A stretch of DNA of 63,679 nt, the filler included, from Folioceros fuciformis (taxonomy: Eukaryota), in NCBI GenBank assembly GCA_049999805.1. It is 7 parts of 7 records of this genome, joined end to end, with 100 filler letters (N's around TTAATTAATTAA, not from the genome) between each part and the next. Parts side by side here need not be neighbours in the genome. Positions count along the whole stretch, not along the records: positions 37,908 to 46,547 come from JBNGIO010003507.1; positions 46,648 to 60,179 come from JBNGIO010003508.1; 5 more parts are not named here. One strand, given 5' to 3'. Made by a program: the position numbers and the translations under genes. Position 1 is the first letter of the stretch; the number at the start of each line of letters is the position of its first letter. The notes beneath the pieces were generated by a model that made no database searches, had not been told where the DNA came from, and worked only from the letters and a program-made list of their open reading frames with translations. Shown here one piece after another: positions 37,808-51,470 of the stretch.

Positions 37808-37907
37808 NNNNNNNNNNNNNNNNNNNNNNNNNNNNNNNNNNNNNNNNNNNNTTAATTAATTAANNNNNNNNNNNNNNNNNNNNNNNNNNNNNNNNNNNNN
37901 NNNNNNN
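37808..37907. other. Artificial contig linker
   Basis: N-run/TTAATTAATTAA/N-run. Confidence 0.95.
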
Positions 37908-40318
37908 GATCTGATTTGTATGGCTTCATCTCAAAAGACAATTCATCTCAAAAGACAAGTACACCACGAGTCAGGATGTGTCGTGAGACTTACCACGTCG
38001 AGAAGCAAAGCATTAACTTCCTGCTCATCCACAGCTACAGTAGCAGCCACGGTGGTTCGAGAAGCCCTGCTGCTGCTGGTACTAATCACCACGTCTGTGT
38101 CCAAGCCCTGCGAAGGTGACGTGTTCGGAGGCAATTCAGTCAACGAGACTGGAAAAGCTTATTCCAGATTCGAACTAGCTTGAAAACCATGTTGTAACAT
38201 GTGGTTAGTCACCTGGACTGCTGAGAATATCTTCTCTAGATCTTTGGCGAAGCTTTCCAGATCCACTTCCTTGTCAGTGGCACCCATTTGATTCAGGGCA
38301 GCTGCCATTGCCTTGTATTGCCCACTTCCTAACGAGGTCAAAAAAACTTCCATTGCTGCCCATGTTGCTGGTGAAATGCGCCCAACAATGCCTGCTCAGG
38401 ACAATGTCGTTCACTGGTCAATGAAACGTTACAGAAACTCAGAATTGTGGATGTCGATTTCCCACTGTGGATGACATATTGGAGATAAAAATGTTTACCA
38501 AAGTCGATGAACCCCACCCGGCCGTCTCTCAGCACCAGTAGATTACCAGCATGTAGATCTGCATGAAAGCTCTCCGAAGCTACCAAGCTTCCAAACCTGC
38601 GTTTGGCAAATGGATCCGAGAGAATGATGAATTTCATCCCGTAAAATGATGGAAACTATGTCAAGGGAGCAGCAAAACGCATGCGTACCAAACATTCAGA
38701 GCCGATATTAACGTGGCCTCAGGATTGGGCACAGTTGCCCGAATGGCATCCAAATCTGTCAAGGGAACTCCATACAGACGCTCCATTGTCAATATCCGCC
38801 GTGAACTGCAATGAGGATATACGGTCGGGGCCTTGGCTTGGTTGGTTAGACCACTCCTCTCCAAGTATGTTCTAAACGACTGAATATTGATGGCTTCCTT
38901 CCTGAAATCAACTTCCTCCAACATGGATGTCCGGATGTCTCCAATGATTCCAACCTATCCACCATCACATTCTCAAAGTCTTAAGACACCATTGCCCCAA
39001 ACGAAGGGACGACCATCCACGCTCATCTCACGCAACCAGATGTCGGTAACCAGAGAAAGACATGGGTCAATTAACATACCAATGACGTGCGACTGAGTTG
39101 AGGATTCAGAAATTCCAGCACACGTGCAGTAATGTACAGGAAATTCAGATCTGCTGTTAGGATGTCCTCCGCTCCAGGTTTAAGGACCTTGATAACGACA
39201 TCTGCCCCAGTACCCCTGAGTCGTGCTGCATGAACCTGTACATGTGTAAGACCTTGGGCAATGGGGATGAGTACCTCAATAGCGCCAGGACAAAAAACAG
39301 CGAACATGGTGAAGCCAATGGACCTGAGCAACAGAAGCAGAAGCGATCGGTTGGGAGTCCACGTGCTCGTAGACTTCTTCCAAGGGCCTACCAAGCTCTT
39401 CACGTATGATGGCTTTTATGTCATCGAAAGGAACAGGTGGTGTTTTGTCGAGACAGCTCTGGAACTCTTTCACGTATTCTGCTGGGAAGAGCGTTGGTGC
39501 AGAGGCTATGAACTTACATACAAACAGGTCAAATGCCCAGAAACCTATCACCATCACTGAAACATCATAAAAGGAAACGAACCATCCATATCCTGACAAA
39601 TGCACATTCTGACCTGACCCAACTTGATGTAGGTTGCTCCCAGCCGCTCGAAAAGCTTCCGGAGCTGTGTGGGGCCGGGTGGAATAACTGCGAGACCGGC
39701 AACATTGCCAATAGCAGCTCCAGAATTCTGCACACCAGCGCAGAATTAGCTGCCATGGGCAGTCCTCGGACGCGAGAAATTACACACCTTCGTATCTTTG
39801 TGAGGAAGAAGTGAATACTTGTGACTGCTGGGACTGCTCCCGGATCCATTCAGCTCCAACGGTCACAACAGCTTCAATCCCTTGAAAGAGCCTAACAGCA
39901 CCCCTAGGGCCCGTGCTAACAGTGGTGCGTACCACTTCTTCCACCAATTCGTTGAACTTCTTGAACCTCTCTGCGATACCATCCCCACATAAAGTTCCTT
40001 CAACTTCCTTCCCACACTCACAACAGGAACCAGCGTGAGCCTCAGGGCGTCCTACCGTACATGGCAGGTCAGATCCTAGAAAATACCTTGTCCCTGCTTC
40101 TTGTCGAACGTAGTGGACGAGGAAGACGAAGTTGATGCTGCTGATGATGATCGAGCCCCCACCGCCCAGCGATTCTGCCTGCTCCCAGTCGCATTCTTCA
40201 GCGTTTGCGCTGCCCACTCTACGCTGTTGCGACGCAGCCACACTCCTTCCTGCCACAGCTCCGAACCAGTTAGGGGAATGTACGGATTTCTCACAGTGGG
40301 CAATACCTGCCCAGCCAT
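37908..40318 (-). CDS. ABC1/UbiB atypical kinase (plastid ABC1K9-like); multi-exon, 3' end cut by the contig edge
   Basis: [33 protein letters not shown] (KxGQ motif), PIASASVAQVH, VVIKVLKPG, EEVDFRKEA, FHADLHAGN, GFIDFGIVG. Confidence 0.92.
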
Positions 40319-41161
40319 CCATTCTCCAAATTCGTGTACTCAGTCAGTCAACAAACAGACTCCACGTTCAACTTTGTGTGCCTCCATCATTCATACCAAC
40401 ACCATACACAGCTGCCACGAATTCCTCCAGACCACCAAACCTGGCGAGTGAAAGAGGATGGAAAACGGGCGTATGTCGTCAGCGCCATGTTGGCCCTGAT
40501 GTGTAGACGACCCACCAAATTCACCTGCAGACAAGCTTCAAATCAAATTGAGGAGACGAAAGCCTGGATTGGACAAAACCTCTCATCCAATGCCAGAATC
40601 TTTTCCTCGAGAAGGACCGGTCTTTCGAAGGAGTGGTCCACGTCGACCACGTTGGACCATCCGCTACTTCCGAACTATTTTCGGAACAAGGCAATTGTGT
40701 CGTAGCAAAGCTCCAATCTTCCAGTCAACAAACCACACTTTAATAATATTGAATATCAAAACGCTAGCGGATAATGCTAGCAGGAGACGATTTGCTCCTC
40801 AAAATATCAACACATAACGTTAATGAGTTCCCAGATCAGCATATCTACTCGGGACCCTGTGTCGAAGTATAGGTGTATGTCCTACTGAGCACAGGATCTC
40901 CACAGAAGACACATCTTTACATCTTTGGTGCACTCCGATTCCAGAGATTTCCCGTCCTCACAGCAAGACCAAAAACCGTAAAATCACACATAGCTATAGC
41001 CGAAGTAGAAGATCACAACTATATCCCGAAGAGCCGCCGCATATGGTATGATCTAACCTGCGTGACGGTTTCCCAGAGCAGCACCTTCGTACCTTGAGTC
41101 ACTGCATCTGGCTGTGCGCACTAGTTTGTTTTCTGATTCTGTTGAGCTTGATTGGACTGTC

Positions 41162-44100
41162 TCATGCCACCGCTTTTGCTGACACGAGACCAGATGCTTT
41201 CTTTTCAGGTGGAGCCTGCAGCACGGCTTCAGCAACATGTGCATCGTTGACAAAAGGTTCGATTTGAGCTTTCTTCTCCTGCTTCTCGATGACGTCCTCC
41301 GAATCATTGGCCCGGGGCACAGTGCTTGCCTGGACCACGAGGACAACAATTTAATTTTTAACAACCCCTTTGTTATCAAGTAAGGCACCGAGAAGGAAGA
41401 ACTAGACTCACCAGAGCTCGGAATTTCAGGATGTAAAACATTTCAAGGTAGCGTCTGGTATCACGCCGACCAAGCTCGGACACGTATTTCCAGAATCCGT
41501 AGACTTGACCCAGTGTCAACAGCCTGTCCGCGTAGATGTTCCAAGTGTACCTGTAGAGAGGACGTGAGATGACCAGCGTACCATGAAAGGGTGTGCACGG
41601 TCGACAGACATTGAACAATCTACTTACTTGCTGTAAATCCTCTTCAGACTGTCATTGGAGATCTGGTCCCAGTAGCCAGGCTCTGCTTTGCATTTAGTGA
41701 AGAACTCCAGAATGACCTTGCTAGCGGCATCCCCGTGGTACGGATCAATGTGGAAGCCAGAGATGCCATTTTCAATGATTTCAGCAGGTCCACCCTGCGA
41801 GGTTGCAATTGTCGGAAGCCCGCAGCTCATCGCTTCCACCACCGTCAACCCGAAAGCCTCGTACAATGCAGGCTGCAATAGGACAAACAAGCCCATCAGC
41901 ATGCTGCACTCCACCAGCATTTCGAACGTTCGTAACAGGAGAACGCGGGATGGTCTGCTGCAATGATACCTGCACAAAAGCACCGCGAGTGTCTGCAATG
42001 CAGCGGTACAGCTCTCCGTTTCGAACAGGATCCTTCTGGGCGCGGATCCATCTGAACTCTCCTCCATTCAGGTTGTACTTCTTTATCAACTCATGCATCT
42101 TCAATATCTCCTTCACCTCCTCACGGTCCTTGGACTTCTCGGGGTTGATGTCCCCAGCTACCACAACCAAATTCACCAAGCTCCTCAGCTTTGCATTCTC
42201 CCCGAACCACTCGACAAGGCCAGTCATGTTCTTCACACGATCCAGACGTGCCATTGAGAATATTATGGGCTTTGCCTTGTCGGTCAGCACCCCACTGCAA
42301 ATCGCAAGAGATGAAAAAAACGTCAATAGCAACGCTTTCAAATGTCGCCTGTCTCTCCCAGACAAATCATCTCTGCGGAGAACGAAGTAAACAGAAGACA
42401 GCAGACGGGCGCAGCGAGTGGCACACACATGTGTTCGTCTGTCTGAGCATCGTTGTACAGCAAATCCTGGATCTCTGGCTGCAGATGTTTGAGGCGCTTC
42501 GCATCCTGAGAGAAGGGAAAGTAGATAGACTCCTCCGCTCCAGGGGACACGATGTTGAATTTGGGGTCGAAGACGTCGATCCCATTCACAACTCTGTAAA
42601 GCCCAGGAAGAGTGAAAGCAGTATGGCTTTCGTACTGCCCCACAGTGTTCTCGCTGCCATGAGAACAGAGTGATCAGCAACGACAAGGAACGACGCACTA
42701 CCACGAAGTTCGCTTTGCACAATCACACAAGCACAATTGTCAGACAGACCTTCCAGCAATCTCCTGATACGAGCTGGTGATGATAAAATCCGCGTGGTTC
42801 ATTGCAATAAGGTCCGCGGTGAACTGGCACGAGAAATGGTACTTCTCCTCATAGTTGCGCCAGTAGAGATCTGAGTCGGGGTACTTCGTCTTCTCCAATG
42901 CATGAGCTATGTTGCACTGAAACACGGCAGGCATTCGTAAATCTCGGGTGCATCGCGAGAGCACTCACGTACACGAGTGCATGATCCTCAAAACAACGTA
43001 TGTACAACCACCAACACACCTGTGTGATCTTCAACCTGTGCGACAGCAATGTAGCCACCAGATTTCCGTCACTGTAGTTCCCAATGATGAAATCAGGCTG
43101 GCGTGTAAATTCGGAGCGCATCTCGTTGGCAACATCCTGCAAATGAATTCCAAAAGTTTAGAGGCATGCAGATGCAGGGTCATCCGACAACGACACCATT
43201 ACATCACACACCTCTGTGAAGCGTTCGAGGTATGGCCAGACATCAAAACGAGAAATCCAGCGCCGCAACACAGACCCGTCTTCGTTACGGAAAGGAACTC
43301 GCAGTATGCGAGCGTACTCAGTGCCATGAACTCGCTCGATCCTCTGGTTGCAGGTCGTGCCTTGAGCTTCAGGAATGAGGCGAGTTACCTACATCAGGAT
43401 AAGTTACGTCAGTCAAGCTTACGGGCAGAAAATGAGCACGCGCCATATGCAGTATCGAGAAAACCAGAGGCTGAGATCAGCTTACGATGACAATCTGCGG
43501 TTTGATGTCCAAACCCTGCTCCTGAATTTTCCTGATCATAGCTTTCTCCAGCGCGCGAACTTGATCCAAGATATACACCACCTGAAAGACGAGAATGAGC
43601 AGCTGGAATCCACGCGAATACAGCTCAAGCCTCGCAAACCACGTGAGGGTGGTCATGAACAAACATGCACAGGACTCACATCATCACAGGTGCTGACAAT
43701 GTCTCCGTATCGTCCCCTTGCAAAAGCGGAGTCTAGTCTGAGTGATTACACAGCTTACCTGACCACCTGTGTCGGGTAAGCCCAGCACATTCTCCTGGCC
43801 AAAATATCCATGAGGCGAGAGAATAAGCACACTGAAAATCACAGGTACTTTTGCCAAGAACTTTTCCAAAGTATCTGGGTCTGGCGCCTGCAGGATGTCT
43901 AGCAGCAGCCGGATGGTGTCCAGGGTTCGGTCTGCTGTGTTCCCCCATCCTTTCTCCAGGCCCAGCTGCTGCAGTCTGGAAGCGGAAACAAAAGCCGCAT
44001 GAGTCACAACCAAGCGTCGTTCATCTTCCAACAGCCAGGGACCAAGGAGCGTAACGCAATCAGTAAAGAATGGGAGTAGTTACCGTGCTTCGAACTCAGT

Positions 44101-45257
44101 GTAAGGAGTTTCTTTGGGATACTTGGACAGGATCTCTTCAGCCCTCACCAAGGAGGGCCGCAGCCTGCTGATATTGGTGATGTGCTCATTCAGCATCAGA
44201 CTCTGCGAACACCGCAATCAAACAAGGTTCTCGTCACTTCACACCTACGGGCTCTGGTAAACCAATTACCACGTACCTCGCCGGGTTCGCCAAACGAAAC
44301 GCACCTGACCCTCGTACTTGTGAAGCTGGAGGAAGTTGAACAGCGGCTGCATGCTCTCTGCATCCCGAAACAGCCGGGAAGACAGATGCCTGTTGAGAAA
44401 TTGCACCCCGTTCCCGATGGAACTGGACCTTGTGAGGCGAGGGAACAGCGCATTAAACGGTTCGAAGTCCACTTCCAGCACAGTGAAACGCTCAGCACTC
44501 CTGCAAAGGCATCAACCTCCTTAATCAACATGTGGAACACAAACACAAAGGACTTGGCTTCCATTCAAAACAAAGAGAAGACTGCAACAAAGTACCTCGC
44601 GCAAGGGAACCGCGACTTTCCAGTAGCAAGGCACTCCTTGAACTCCAAGTACTCGGAGGCTCCCAGATGCTGAACCTCTAGAGTGTCCACATTGAGCAAA
44701 ACGTAGTCCCAGACCCCCGGACGAGGCCGCACAGCCAGCCCGACCCAAGGGGGCAGCACAATTCCTTCCTGCCATGGCCAAACACCAGAAAAACTCAGCC
44801 CACAAGACCACGGCCTCCTCCTTATCCTCNNNNNNNNNNNNNNNNNNNNNNNNNNNNNNNNNNNNNNNNNNNNNNNNNNNNNNNNNNNNNNNNNNNNNNN
44901 NNNNNNNNNNNNNNNNNNNNNNNNNNNNNAGAAGCGATTCGGAAGGGAAGCAATCCAACATACCTGAGCGGAGTCCAAAATGCGGCGGAAAGGAGCATCC
45001 GCCCGGTCGATAACCTTCACCGCTTGGTCCAACAGCTGGTGCGGCTGCAGAATACGAGGCCCCAAATCAACACACCTGCAAGCAAGCTCCGCGGTCAGGG
45101 ACAGGAAGGAAAATGCGGAACTGGAAAGACCGGAGCAGCACGAAATGCGGAAATGAGCATACTTTCCCAACAAGCTCCGGATGACGTTCTTATCCTCCAC
45201 CACCGCCTCCTGCACGCGGTCCCTGAAGCTGCTACTGCGCGCAACGAGAGCCGCCAT
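41162..45257 (-). CDS. SUS: Sucrose synthase; multi-exon, contains one N gap
   Basis: [110 protein letters not shown]. The last exon ends ...AKAVA* at 41162. Confidence 0.97.
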
Positions 45258-46243
45258 GGCCGGCTCCCCGACGACGACTTCAGACCCGCTGGTGGCGCAG
45301 AAGGAGGAAGGAGGAAGATGACGCCCCGCTGACGCCAACGCAGACGGAGGAAAGGGCAGGCAACGAAGAGGGACGACGAGAAGGTAGCCGCTGCTCTGCA
45401 GGGAGGACCGACTTCCAGCACGCTTTCATAGACGGACTTCCAGTGTCCGTGGACAGGCCAAAACGAAACGTGAAAACCTGGCAGAGCAGGGCGAAGGGCC
45501 GCGTGGCGAGCCGGGCCCCGCCCAAGTGGCGACCCAAGGCGTCCGGGGCCGGGCCGGGGTGACCGATCTGGTTCCGTTGCATTCACGCCAGTGTGTCAGA
45601 GAACGCGACCGGCAGTGACGTGTGGACGGGAGGTGCAGTTGGCAGTCGCAACTCGCGAGTCCTGACAGTCTCACTGCTGTGCCTTGTGCCCGTGCCGTAT
45701 TTATCCTCCTCCTCCTCCGATTCCTGCCTTCTGATTCCCGTCTCCCGAGTCTTCTTGGAGTCCTGCCTTCTTCGCATTGCCACCACTGTCTGGGCTGGGT
45801 TGGGCTGGGCCGGGCCGGACAACGATACGCTGCTGTTTGCGTCTGGTACTCCCCTGTCCGTGGTGCTGTCTCGTTCATGATCCGTTAACGGTCCTTTCGG
45901 AGAAGGAGCGGGGGAGGTTGCGGGTCGGTTGCCTCTAGGCTCTGCGGCCGAGTTTCGGGAGCAGGCCCGGGCATCGGATGGTTTTTTATGCGCGGTAGCA
46001 GGGGCCCGATGCGGATCCGAAGGGTGACGTAACTGCAGGGGCGGCGTCCGGACGGGGAGTGGAGTGCGGTGGAGTGGATTGGATTGGACGCAGGGCGGCG
46101 GGCTTTTTTAAGGAGGCGTGGGCGAATGATTGTGTCGCCGCCACTGACGCTGCCGACAGTTCTCGCAGGCTTGAGGTTGCGTGCGGCGGAGGAGGCGGGG
46201 CCACTTGGGAGGTGTCGGAAGTGGGGGCTGGTGGGTTGGTGAT

Positions 46244-46421
46244 ATGTCGCCCCTGCTGCTGCTCATCAATGTGTCCAAGCTGGTGGGGGTAGCTGGTGCC
46301 ATCACTGTAGCTGCCAACACCCTCGCGTTCCGTCACTTTCGGAAGAAGAATTTGGGGCCGTTGCGGGTGGTGCTGGACGAGGAGCAGGAGGTGGTGGCCA
46401 GCTTCCCGGTGGATAGGGATG
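46244..46421 (+). CDS. SFR2: First exon of SENSITIVE TO FREEZING 2 (galactolipid:galactolipid galactosyltransferase, GH1); rest lost at the contig end
   Basis: MSPLLLLINVSKLVGVAGAITVAANTLAFRHFRKKNLGPLRVVLDEEQEVVASF resembles the SFR2 N-terminus (..TVGANVVSYSRFRRQNL..FRSPIDESKEVLADF). A GT donor follows at 46422. Confidence 0.75.
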
Positions 46422-46547
46422 GTACGGTCGTGCTGGGCTTTTCGTGTGCGTGGATTTGGGTGCTGGGCGGTGGGAATTCGGGCTTGGCTGGGGAATTGAC
46501 GACGTTGTGGTGGTGGGTTTTGGATTGTGTCGTGCAGTGGATGAGGG

Positions 46548-46647
46548 NNNNNNNNNNNNNNNNNNNNNNNNNNNNNNNNNNNNNNNNNNNNTTAATTAAT
46601 TAANNNNNNNNNNNNNNNNNNNNNNNNNNNNNNNNNNNNNNNNNNNN
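46548..46647. other. Artificial contig linker
   Basis: N-run/TTAATTAATTAA/N-run. Confidence 0.95.
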
Positions 46648-48246
46648 TCGCAGCGCAGGTAATGGGTTTCGTGAATTTGTGACGTTGTTTGCTCTCTTGG
46701 TGCTGGAGATGCGGGTATGCGGGACTGGTGAGTTGTGGCTCGAGTTCCGTTTTGACAGTTGCGGTTCCACTGCGCAGGGTGGCTTGGGATTTGACGATGA
46801 TTCTGCTCTGGCAATTTCTACTGAGGTGGAGAGTGAGGAATGTGGGCCGGGGCATGTTGTAAAGAAGCCGAGATTGGGATTGGCCGAGTCTGAGGATGTT
46901 GGAGGCGGCGGTCCTGCAGTCAGGTAGGAGAGGGCGTTGCAAGTACAGTTTTGGTGCAGTTAGTGAAAGGTAGGTATGGTATTTTCGTTGTTGATAAACG
47001 ACCTTGAGGGTGATTGTGCAGGTCAGGGAGCAAAGAGCGTGGTGATCGTGGTAAGGACGTTGGAGGGGATGCTCGATCTGATTCTGTCAAGGAGGAAGAT
47101 GATGCTCGAGAGATTGAGAAAGGGACTGAACTCCTGCAGGCCATGCATCAGGTGTTCGCTGAGGCTGGCGTTCGGGGTCTCACTGTAAGGAAAGCTGTGG
47201 ACTTAATTGTGGAGGCAGGTCTTGCTGGGTTCAAAGAAGATGGGGCAGCTGAGCGGGCTGCAGTGGGGAAGATTGTCCGGGAGTCTTCAACATTCACACG
47301 GTTAACAAGGAAGACCTTTGCACTTCTCAGTGCTTTCCCGGAGGACAGCAGGCCATCCCTCTGGACCTCGTCTCCGCACGTCCCTCCTGAGTCCACGGAT
47401 GAGGGAGAGGAGACGTGTGATGGTAAAGGGGACAATATGAAGGGCAAAGGCAGCGGTGGTGACCCCCTGGGATTGTCTCAGGCGGGGATGAACAGGATGA
47501 GAGGGGGCACCAAGGATAGGCGGATGGGTTTCACCGCTCAGGCAAGTCCGGAAGAGAGTGGGCAGGGATCAGCATCCGAGACCACCATCGAACCTCCTTC
47601 CTCAGGTACCCGAGCTACAGATTGGGTGAATGTGACATCCACCACACCACAGCTTCACGAACGCTTCTCACCGTCCCATGCAGAGTGGAGCAAGATTAAG
47701 GTTGAGGTGGTGTCTGCAGAAGTGCCTGCTCCAGCACCGCAGTTTGTACAGGGTGATGAAGGATGTGGGACACCGGATGACTCTGCGGTCACCATGTTGG
47801 AGGAACGTTTCTCTGACAGCAGGAGTGATGGCAGCCATGTCGGAGGCCTCGCCGCACACGTGACCCAACCAGCTAGTGCGGATGTGCCCGCATCTCCAGA
47901 TCTATGTGAGCCGTGCGTCTCTCGAGAAGCAACTCAGACGAGCCTGTGTGTGAAGGATTATGCTGGAGAGCCTTTGCACACTGTCGCAATAGATCAGGCC
48001 AATGAACCTCTCTCCCTGCTGGAGGGACCAAAGCAGCAGGGCCCAAAGATTCTCACCAGTGAGGTAGAAGGATGTGGCCAGACAAGAGGAAGTACACAAC
48101 TACCTGACAACTACTTCAAGAAAGAAGCTATGCCTGAATGCCGCCCTGTAAAAGTCATGTCCGCTGAAACCCACTCGCCTTCCTTCAAGGAGACTGCCGT
48201 GGCAATGCAAATGAGTTACTTGGGGAGTCGGCTGTGTGGTAGCTAG
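46648..48246 (+). CDS. 5'-truncated gene for a largely disordered protein with a HARE-HTH-like winged-helix domain
   Basis: Long open last exon (about 47022-48246) and an upstream exon (about 46778-46923) with AG/GT borders. The segment AMHQVFAEAGVRGLTVRKAVDLIVEAGL...SSTFTRLTRKTFAL resembles the HARE-HTH of RLT/HB1 proteins. Confidence 0.5.
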
Positions 48247-50839
48247 CACTAGAAGGGGATGGCAACATTCTACACCGATCAGGCATATGGCAGTGCGATC
48301 AACAAGCCAAGCTTTCCAATCAGTCTAGACCAAGTTTGGATCAGTCTGGACCAAGTTTGGACCCACCAGGTCTGGGCATCGTTGCCTCATCTTCATCATC
48401 TCCGTAGAGACAAGATCAGTATGTCCACATTGTCGACGTGCCATTTGCAGTAGGAAGGGCAGCATGTGAAGGATCATCTTCGGAGCAAAACAGCCCACCA
48501 TCCTGGAATCCGGATACCTTGAGGCACAGGGAAAACAGAATTTCATACTTCTGTGGGGAGCAGGCAACTTTTTGGCATCCGGCTCATCTCACCCCCGCAG
48601 GTCTCCACATCCCCAGTGCTGAGAATACATTGAAGGCAATTGAAATGTGCCGCAATGATAAAGCTCAACATTTCAGCAAAACATTCAACTTGAACTTCAT
48701 GCCTGCATGATACATCCACTCCTTCATCTGCTGCCTTCAAGGTACACACAGTATGTACATTCGCAAACAGTGGCCTCGAGCAGATGAAAGATTCCTGATG
48801 CGAGCAGATCAGACTGAAAATGGAGATGCGTCCAGGTCATCAGCCAAAATGCGAATGACCCCAGGAAAGGCAAGATTGCTCTAATTTTAGTACCTGCAAC
48901 GTCGTCCAAGTTTTCCATGCCCACTTCCGCACACAAGCCTGTAAAAGCATACATATTTGTGTCATACTCTTGCCCTTTCCTGATCTTCACGCAGGAATCT
49001 GAACCTTGTTCCACGGCATTCCTATATTTAGCATTCCTGATCAGACATTTCCTGCATGTGCTTACAACTATCCCGCCATCCAGCTGTTCGACAGCGGTAA
49101 AGAAACAAAACAGAAACGGACAGTCAGCACTCGCATCCTTGATACAGTGACTCTATGCTTCCCGAATCCTGCACCTTGAGAAAAGAACCTCTGACCCGAC
49201 CACGAATGCTACAGACTGCGCAGAGTATGTTCTACAATGTTGCACGACGCATTGCCGTCCGTCTCTTCCCACCACAGCTGCAAAGCACAACCAGATCCCA
49301 AAACACAGCTTCTGACAGCAATCTGCACCTCCCCCACGCAATGGAGGAGAAAAGTGGGTCGAGCATCCTCAGAACCCACACCAACGTCCGCCGCCCCTTT
49401 CATCCCATACTCCGAAGTGTCCAACTCCGTAACCGGAACGCGAGCAGGCAGACTCGAGTTGCCCACAAACTGATCATGAGAGGACGATATCAGACACCAT
49501 CACCGCCTCCGCATCGCATATCCCATTACACCCACACCGTTCGGGCAACCCACACCCACTCAGGCTCCAGCGAATCTAGCACCGGGCTGCTCAAGAGCCC
49601 TTCCTCGTAGAACACACCCTCACCTCCCCATCGTAATCCACCCTCAGAAACCGCGCAGGACAGCCATTCGCTCCTCCATTCTGCAATGGAATAGACTCGC
49701 TCCCGCCACAAGGAAGCGATGCCGCTTCCGACAATACACACAACTCCTGGGACAACGAGCATCGCCTTGCTGAAAATACGAGACCGAGGTACTGGCCACC
49801 AGCCTCCCGCCGGCTGCAAGCGCCTCGGCCCGGCAGAGGGGAATTCGAGGGCTTCAGAAGAGAAATCGGTTGAAGCTCTGCCAAAGGGGCTTAGTGCCCA
49901 GGCTGCCCTTGCCGATGATCCCAGATTCCCGTAATCCAGGAGCTGGAATCTGGTAGCCGCCAAAAGGAAGAAACTGAGTGACCCAGACCCTGCTGCCCTT
50001 GCTGTCGTGCAGGCAGATTGTGGTCCGGCCCGACCACGAGCGTGGCGCCCTGCTGCACCGGGCTGTTGCAGATGAGGGGCACACAAGCAGAGAATGTGGG
50101 CANNNNNNNNNNNNNNNNNNNNNNNNNNNNNNNNNNNNNNNNNNNNNNNNNNNNNNNNNNNNNNNNNNNNNNNNNNNNNNNNNNNNNNNNNNNNNNNNNN
50201 NNCAGAGAATGTGGGCACACAGTGTGAGATTTAACTGCTATGGCCGTTGGCATTGGCATGGACGGACGCTGCTTCTTCTCCACTCACCTTCCCCAGCGAA
50301 ATGGAGACGCGCGGAAATGGAGATGGAGAGGTAACACACCGGGACATTGTACCCTCCAAGCCGGACAAGAACGTTCCGAACGAAACAGGCGGGGAAGGGC
50401 TATGACGGACACTTCCTACCTTCCTCTCCTATATCCACGTACTCCTACCTTTGGACAGATAGTAAGTCTACTTAATGCTATTAGTGCACGAAAGAGTGGG
50501 ACAGCGTAGCACGGTGGGTATCATTACCCATATGCATAATTTCGTTTTTTCGTGTTTTTTCTCAATCATTTGTGATACGTGAATACTCTATGTATCTCTC
50601 ACATAGGAATTTTAGGATTCCACTTTACATTATTATTCTAGAATATAGATTAGGATTCCACTTTACATTATTATTCTAGAATATAGATTTTTGTTTCTTC
50701 TATCTTGTTACCATGTGGACATTAGAAATAATGAATATTTGTTTTCTAGTCCATAACTTTCTTTCTTTCTGGTGCCCAAGCTTGGTGATGTTATTTTTTT
50801 CTCACATCGTATAGGAAATCCTAGGACCTTGGTTCATTA

Positions 50840-51470
50840 TCCCACCAAATTGCATTGATCTTGCAAATTGTCTTGCAAAGGGTAGAATTTGTAGGTTGTC
50901 CTTGCACAATGGGTTGTAAATTGTCCAAGCACCCTATGTTGCAGATGGTCCATGCACACTACGTTGCACAATGTCCTTGTAGATTGCAGATGGTCCATGC
51001 ACACTACGTTGCACAATGTCCTTGTAGATTGCAGATGGTCCATGCACACTACGTTGCACAATGCCTGTGTAGATTGCCCTACAACTTGCCATGCATATTG
51101 TCAATTGTTGTGGGTGTTGCATTGGAGATTATAGGACCCTAAAGGCTTGCAAATAGACCGGAATTTGCAGATTGTCTTTGCAAACTGCGTTGCCCTTGTA
51201 GATTGACCTTGAAGACCGTGTTAATTGCAGATTATTCCAACAAATTGCGTTGAACTAGCAGATTGTCCTTGTAGATTGTGATGACCTTGCATATTGCCGC
51301 CTACACAATGGGTTGCATATTGTCTCAACACACTCCATTGCAGATGGCCCATGCAAAGTATGTTGCAAATGGTTCATGCACACTGTGTTGCACAATGTCC
51401 TTGCAGAATTACTATCTAGCTTGCCCCTCATATTGATTTGCATATTGCAAATTGTTGTGGGTGTCACTCT
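50840..51470. repeat. Degenerate repeat block with a 45-bp unit x3 (50939-51073) and a larger partial duplication
   Basis: TTGCAGATGGTCCATGCACACTACGTTGCACAATGTCCTTGTAGA in tandem; 50840-51120 resembles 51235-51465. Confidence 0.75.
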
